IMG/VR virus record: IMGVR_UViG_3300030389_002325
Strand: one strand, 5' to 3'
DNA from: an uncultured virus (IMG/VR IMGVR_UViG_3300030389_002325)
Taxonomy: Duplodnaviria > Heunggongvirae > Uroviricota > Caudoviricetes > Crassvirales
DNA length: 20,000 nucleotides
The position numbers were made by a program, and so were the translations under genes. This document shows positions 15,336 to 20,000 of this stretch, in pieces (position 1 is the stretch's first letter; each line of letters starts with the position of its first letter). The notes beneath the pieces were generated by a model. It made no database searches. It was not told where the DNA came from and saw only the letters and a program-made list of their open reading frames with translations.

Positions 15336-15367
15336 TATTATCCAATATACATCGTATTTAGTTTGTA
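15336..15367 (-). promoter_or_regulatory. 32-bp early motif, copy 8
   Basis: TACAAACTAAATACGA-TGTATATT-GGATAATA. Confidence 0.8.
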
Positions 15368-15465
15368 GTTTTTCTAAATAAATATATAAAAATATATAAA
15401 AAGCTAAAATATTTATAAAAAAATTAAAAAATTGTAGGGGGCCCGCTAATATAAAAACCGTTTTG

Positions 15466-15490
15466 TAACTGGCTGATAATCAGTAGGTTA
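15466..15490. promoter_or_regulatory. Palindromic double IHF-like site
   Basis: TAACTGGCTGATAATCAGTAGGTTA matches WATCAR-N4-TTR on both strands. Confidence 0.5.
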
Positions 15491-15529
15491 GGGCATAACA
15501 CTTTACTTCTAAGTATCTAATCAAAAAGT

Positions 15530-15573
15530 GTGACATTAGCCTTATAAGTAGTATAATAAGGGGCAATTGTCAC
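15530..15573. promoter_or_regulatory. Operator-like inverted repeat, site 2
   Basis: GTGACATTAG-N24-CAATTGTCAC. Counterpart of 8748-8791. Confidence 0.65.
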
Positions 15574-15619
15574 TATACTTCAATGTAAAAACGAGTAAAA
15601 TTATGTAATATACTAAAAT

Positions 15620-15850
15620 ATGGCAAAATTGAGTAAAGTAGCTGCTAAACGTAAAGCAATAAGAGACAAGAAAGCGGCTATGACGCCAGATAGAAAGGCT
15701 AAAAAAGCAGAAAACCAGCGTAAAAGGCGTAAAGCTATAAAACAAGGTAAAAATATTCGTGGTAAGGACTATGATCACAAGACTAAAAAGTTCACATCGA
15801 TAAAAAATAACCGCGGTAACCGTGGTAAAGGCACTAAAAAAGAAAAATAA
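15620..15850 (+). CDS. Small very basic protein with degenerate HNH-like motif
   Basis: K/R-rich. GKDYDH...SIKNNRG resembles the DxDH...NR pattern of minimal phage HNH proteins. Confidence 0.65.
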   Translation: MAKLSKVAAKRKAIRDKKAAMTPDRKAKKAENQRKRRKAIKQGKNIRGKDYDHKTKKFTSIKNNRGNRGKGTKKEK

Positions 15851-17424
15851 TGGCTATAATATACACATATCCAGTAAAAAACACTCCAGCAAATGATGAT
15901 TTAATACTTATATCAGACTCTGCAGACAGTAATAAGACTAAACAAGTAAAAATATCTAGTCTACCAGGTGGTGCATCTTCTGGTGTTACTCAAATTATAG
16001 CTGGAACTAATGTTACTATTGATCCAGTCAGCGGTCTTGGTAGTGTTACTATAAATTCTTCAGGAGGAGGCGATACATATACGCTACAGGCGGAAGCTAA
16101 GTCTAGTAATTCAGTACCTTTAAAACTAGATGCAGCAACAGGAACAGACTCTACAGTAAATTTAACAGAAGGTAGTGGTGTTACTTTAACTAGAAATAGC
16201 GCAACAGAAATAACTATAGCAGCAACGTCAGGTGCAATGGCTATTGAAAATAATGGATCAGCGTTGGCATCTGGAATCACAACATTAGATTTTTCTACTA
16301 ACTTAACACCTGTATCAGCAGGGCCTGGAAGTAATAAAGTTACTATTACTTCAACAGATACTACTTACAATGCTATGGATGCCTCAACTCTAGGTTTAGG
16401 CAAGTTAAGATATGCTACAGGATCTACTCCAGCAGCAGAATCACAAAGTACAACTGCAAATAGAACTTACGGTGTAACTGCAAATAGTTCTAATCAACTT
16501 GTAGTTAACGTTCCCTGGACAGATACTAGTGGTATTTCTTTTTCTGGAAGTACTGCAAATGGTGTAGCTACTTATTCTAGTGCTACTACAGCTAATGTAT
16601 CTGCTAATTTAACTTTTGCTACTAATACGCTTACATTAACTGATACTTTAGATATAAAAGGTGATGGTACTAATCCAGGTACACTTAATTTATACTGCGA
16701 AAGCACAAGTACGCCACATGCTGTTAGTATATTAGGTCCTCAACATTCAGGCGCTACTCCATACTCTATAAGACTACCTAAAGAAATAGCAACTCAGACG
16801 GCGTATTCTTCAGGAGGTAGAGTGCTAGAATCAAATGCTTCAGGAGCATTGCAATGGATAAATACTCCAAGTGCAGGAGTTAGTCCAACTAGTGGTACTT
16901 GGTATGCTACTCTAGCTAACGCTTCTGGACAGTCATATGCTTCTAATGCTACTCAAGCTCAAATAGCTATAACTACTAATAATTGTCAGTGGTATAGAGT
17001 TGGTGACATGATGTATTATCAGTTCTATATAGCAGGAACTGTAAAAGCAGGTGGAGCTTTAACAGGTAATTTATTTCTTTGTAGATCAGCTACTTCTATT
17101 GCAACTGATACTATTACATATGGATTACCTATAGATAGTAGTTATAATACTGTAGTAAATAATGGCTTTTGTAATGGCAGTATAACAATAACAGAAAGTG
17201 AAGCGCCTGCACAGCCTTTAACATGGACTTATCCTGTTAATGGAGGAAGAGTAGGTAGAGACACTAGTTATGCTGGATATGTACAATTGTTTAGTCTTTT
17301 TGGTAGTGGTTCAACTAATAAAGTATATTATCCACTATCTAATCAAACTTGGGTAACAGCCGGTGAAGCACCCGGAAACTTTGCTTTGGGCGGAACAATA
17401 AATGCTTTAGTAACTCATCAATAA
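15850..17424 (+). CDS. Tail fibre / virion structural-like protein (524 aa)
   Basis: Ser/Thr/Gly/Ala-rich beta-type sequence. N-terminal YP...DDLILISD...TKQVKI anchor-like module, GVTQIIAGTNVTI and VVNVPWTDT segments typical of phage fibres. Confidence 0.7.
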   Translation: MAIIYTYPVKNTPANDDLILISDSADSNKTKQVKISSLPGGASSGVTQIIAGTNVTIDPVSGLGSVTINSSGGGDTYTLQAEAKSSNSVPLKLDAATGTDSTVNLTEGSGVTLTRNSATEITIAATSGAMAIENNGSALASGITTLDFSTNLTPVSAGPGSNKVTITSTDTTYNAMDASTLGLGKLRYATGSTPAAESQSTTANRTYGVTANSSNQLVVNVPWTDTSGISFSGSTANGVATYSSATTANVSANLTFATNTLTLTDTLDIKGDGTNPGTLNLYCESTSTPHAVSILGPQHSGATPYSIRLPKEIATQTAYSSGGRVLESNASGALQWINTPSAGVSPTSGTWYATLANASGQSYASNATQAQIAITTNNCQWYRVGDMMYYQFYIAGTVKAGGALTGNLFLCRSATSIATDTITYGLPIDSSYNTVVNNGFCNGSITITESEAPAQPLTWTYPVNGGRVGRDTSYAGYVQLFSLFGSGSTNKVYYPLSNQTWVTAGEAPGNFALGGTINALVTHQ

Positions 17425-17492
17425 AATATTAAATAACCGAACTATCAAGTGATAGTATATAATAACCAACGTTTAACTTAAAACCAAATACA

Positions 17493-17786
17493 ATGACGTT
17501 TTTATATACCCGCACTAATACGTGGAATAGTGCACCACAACCAAATGAAGAAACCATTAAGTACTGGAAGCATATTTCAGAAAAGAAAAACTGGAGAATA
17601 GTACAACTACCTAATGGATTTTTACAAACCGAATATAAAAGCATCGATGATCCTGATACATGGATCGATGTTACCAGAAGAGAAACAATAACTGGAGCTG
17701 AGCAAGCTATAGATGCTTCTATAGAACACTACAGTAAAAAGTTAGAGTTTATCAAAGGACCGAAAGTAGTTAAAACCTTCGAGTAA
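17493..17786 (+). CDS. Hypothetical protein (97 aa)
   Basis: ORF track. Good A-rich leader, upstream of groEL. Confidence 0.8.
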   Translation: MTFLYTRTNTWNSAPQPNEETIKYWKHISEKKNWRIVQLPNGFLQTEYKSIDDPDTWIDVTRRETITGAEQAIDASIEHYSKKLEFIKGPKVVKTFE

Positions 17787-17819
17787 AATATTCAAAACAA
17801 TTATATTTAATTAAATCAA

Positions 17820-19364
17820 ATGCAAGAATTAAAGTTAGTTAAAGACCTGACTTTTGGTGAAACTGCCAGGAGTCAGGTGTTAACTGGCGTTGAAAAGCTT
17901 ACCAATGCAGTAGGTTCAACGTTAGGAGCAAGTGGTAAATGTGTTATACTAGAAGATAGTAACGGGCAGCCACAAATAACAAAAGACGGAGTAACAGTTG
18001 CAAATAGCATTGTACTTAAAGATCCATTAGAAAATATTGGAGCAACACTTATAAGACAAGCAGCTCAAAGAACAGTCAAAGACGCAGGTGATGGAACTAC
18101 TACTGCTACTGTATTAGCTAAAGCAATATTAGACGAAGCTACAGAACACTCTTTGTTAGATAAGCCAAGAGCAATGAAACAAGGTATTGACTCAGGTGTT
18201 GAAAAAGTTATAAAGTATTTAAACAAAAAGTCCAGAAAAGTAACTGGCAAAAAGATAGACCAAGTAGCTACTATATCAGCTAATAATGATAAAGAGCTAG
18301 GCAAGGTCATAGGAGAAGCATTCAGATTAGTAGATGAGACAGGGGTTGTTATGATGGAAACAAATGAACAACCAGAGACTATCGTTGAGTTAATAGAGGG
18401 TGTTCAATATGACCAAGCGTTAAAGAACAACCATTTTATTACCAACATAGAAAAAGGAACGGCTGAGTTAGATAATCCGCTCGTACTCATTGTTGAGTCA
18501 CAAATACCCAACATAAGGAAAATTCAGTCGATCCTTGAATTTATTATAAAAAATGGTAAGAGCCTTCTTATCATTGCCGATGTTGACCAACAAGTAGTTT
18601 CCGCGCTTGCTATGAATAAAAAGAAGGGTAATATAAAAGTCAATATCGTAGATGCGCCAACATATGGGATTAGCAAAAAAGATGTATTATCAGATCTTTG
18701 TGCAGTCACAGGCGCTACACTTATTAATGAGGATCTTGGTGATGACATGGATATAATACAACCAGAACATTTAGGCACATGTATTAAATCAGTTACTAAT
18801 CACGAAGAAACAATATTGCAAGTTGATTTAACAGATAATAAAGAAGTTGAAAAAACTATTACCTTATTAGAAGAAAATATAAAAGAAACTAAAAACCCTA
18901 ATATTATAATTAGACTAGAAAAACGTTTAGCTAAATTAAAAGCTAAAGTTGCTACAGTTAAAATTGGGGCAAACTCTGAGATAGAGCTGAAAGAAAAAAG
19001 AGATAGAGTTGAAGATGCTATTTGTGCTACAAAAGCCGCGATTAAAGAAGGTATAGTGCCAGGAGGTGGTATAGCTCTTTTAAATGCTAGCTTTAATTTA
19101 AAGCCAACCTGTATAGGTGAGGAAGTATTATATCAAGCTATAAGAAAACCTTATGAATTAATATTAAAAAATGCAGGGGTTGAAGAATTAAAAAAGCTTG
19201 AAGAAGGTAAAGGATTAGACGTGGTTACAGGAAATACGGTAGATATGGTAAAAGCCGGAATTATAGATCCTTTGTTAGTTACTAAAAGTGCTCTAGCTAA
19301 CGCGGCTTCAGTAGCTACTACTATATTATCAACTGATTGTGTTATTAATAATATTAGAGCATGA
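17820..19364 (+). CDS. groEL: Phage-encoded group I chaperonin (GroEL-like)
   Basis: ITKDGVTVA, AGDGTTTATVLA, VATISAN, EKRDRVEDA, GIVPGGG and GIIDP motifs. No GGM tail. Confidence 0.97.
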   Translation: MQELKLVKDLTFGETARSQVLTGVEKLTNAVGSTLGASGKCVILEDSNGQPQITKDGVTVANSIVLKDPLENIGATLIRQAAQRTVKDAGDGTTTATVLAKAILDEATEHSLLDKPRAMKQGIDSGVEKVIKYLNKKSRKVTGKKIDQVATISANNDKELGKVIGEAFRLVDETGVVMMETNEQPETIVELIEGVQYDQALKNNHFITNIEKGTAELDNPLVLIVESQIPNIRKIQSILEFIIKNGKSLLIIADVDQQVVSALAMNKKKGNIKVNIVDAPTYGISKKDVLSDLCAVTGATLINEDLGDDMDIIQPEHLGTCIKSVTNHEETILQVDLTDNKEVEKTITLLEENIKETKNPNIIIRLEKRLAKLKAKVATVKIGANSEIELKEKRDRVEDAICATKAAIKEGIVPGGGIALLNASFNLKPTCIGEEVLYQAIRKPYELILKNAGVEELKKLEEGKGLDVVTGNTVDMVKAGIIDPLLVTKSALANAASVATTILSTDCVINNIRA

Positions 19365-19621
19365 AAGCAGTAGGTAAGTATATAGTTATAGATCCTATCA
19401 AAGAAACTGATACGACTACTAAAGGAGGTTTAATTTTAGCTGAAAAGCAAAGAGAAGATATTAGATACAGAAGAGCAAAGGTTATAGAACCTGGATCTGA
19501 TGTAGAAGTATTAAAAAAAGGTGATGAAGTTTATTACGATAAAGCAGCTGGATTTAATATTGAAATAAATAAAGAAAATTATAAAGTCATTAAAGAGTTT
19601 GACGTAGTTATTGTTTTATGA
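19361..19621 (+). CDS. groES: Co-chaperonin GroES-like
   Basis: Mobile loop TTKGGLIL, KKGDEVYY and YKVIKEFDVVIVL. ATGA overlap with groEL. Confidence 0.93.
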   Translation: MKAVGKYIVIDPIKETDTTTKGGLILAEKQREDIRYRRAKVIEPGSDVEVLKKGDEVYYDKAAGFNIEINKENYKVIKEFDVVIVL

Positions 19622-20000
19622 GAAGATTAATGTCTAGTGATTTAAAAGAACTAGGTTTGTTAAAACATTATAGGATAATAAGGAAGTGGGCTTGTAAAAT
19701 TAATGAATTAACGGATGCAGATCTAGAGCTACTAATTTATTTAGATGCTATAGATATGTTTACTAAAGATGATTTTATAAAAGGTACCTACTCATTTAGC
19801 TGGGATAACAGGCGCTGGAACAGATTATTGAAACAAGGGTGGATAGTTGTGTGGAGAAAGAGAAATCGCACTACCCAAAAATATCATATATATAAAGTTT
19901 CTTATAAGTGCAAACAGCTAATTAGTCGGATTTACCGTATTATGTTAGGTGAAGAAGAAATGCCTACTAAAAAACTAGAAAAAAGTAACAGATATAGTTA
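19618..20000 (+). CDS. Hypothetical protein, partial, possibly winged-helix-like
   Basis: Hand translation from ATG overlapping the groES stop: MRRLMSSDLKELGLLKHYRIIRKWACK...DLELLIYLD...WNRLLKQGWIVVWR... Open to the window end. Confidence 0.75.
   Translation, partial: MRRLMSSDLKELGLLKHYRIIRKWACKINELTDADLELLIYLDAIDMFTKDDFIKGTYSFSWDNRRWNRLLKQGWIVVWRKRNRTTQKYHIYKVSYKCKQLISRIYRIMLGEEEMPTKKLEKSNRYS

Noticed and set aside
10802..15367. Repeated 32-bp motif as a CRISPR array
   Set aside because: Spacing is irregular (about 200-1200 bp), the intervals contain ORFs, the middle 8 nt vary, and no cas genes are present.
15542..18778. Minus-strand ORFs at 15542, 15990, 17429, 18065 and 18524
   Set aside because: They are antisense to clear plus-strand genes.
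1..20000. Stop-codon reassignment or a prophage/host boundary at groEL
   Set aside because: Genes are intact and tightly packed in the standard code with all three stops used. groEL/ES is divergent, inverted and coupled to phage-like ORFs, and no integrase or att site is seen.

Overview
AT-rich window from a tailed dsDNA phage. A Bacteroidota/Flavobacteriia host is inferred from A-rich, Shine-Dalgarno-free leaders and gene content. Positions 1-10.5 kb (minus strand) hold a replication and nucleotide-metabolism module: class II ribonucleotide reductase, T7 endonuclease I-like nuclease, two all-alpha NTP pyrophosphatases, a thymidylate synthase-family protein, primase-helicase, SSB, RecE-like exonuclease, ERF annealing protein, a phage sigma factor, an HTH protein and ATP-dependent ligase. 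Positions 10.5-15.37 kb (minus strand) are an early-type region of many tiny ORFs. It is punctuated by eight copies of a 32-bp bipartite motif (TACAAACTAAATACGA-N8-RGATAATA) and by three GC-richer structured non-coding elements, one a pseudoknot fused to a 44-nt tRNA minihelix. Transcription switches strand at 15.37-15.62 kb, across a spacer with a GC island, a double IHF-like palindrome and an operator-like inverted repeat that also overlaps the HTH gene start. The plus strand then carries an HNH-like basic protein, a tail-fibre-like protein, a hypothetical, and phage groEL-groES in inverted order. Many small ORFs missing from the ORF track were read by hand.
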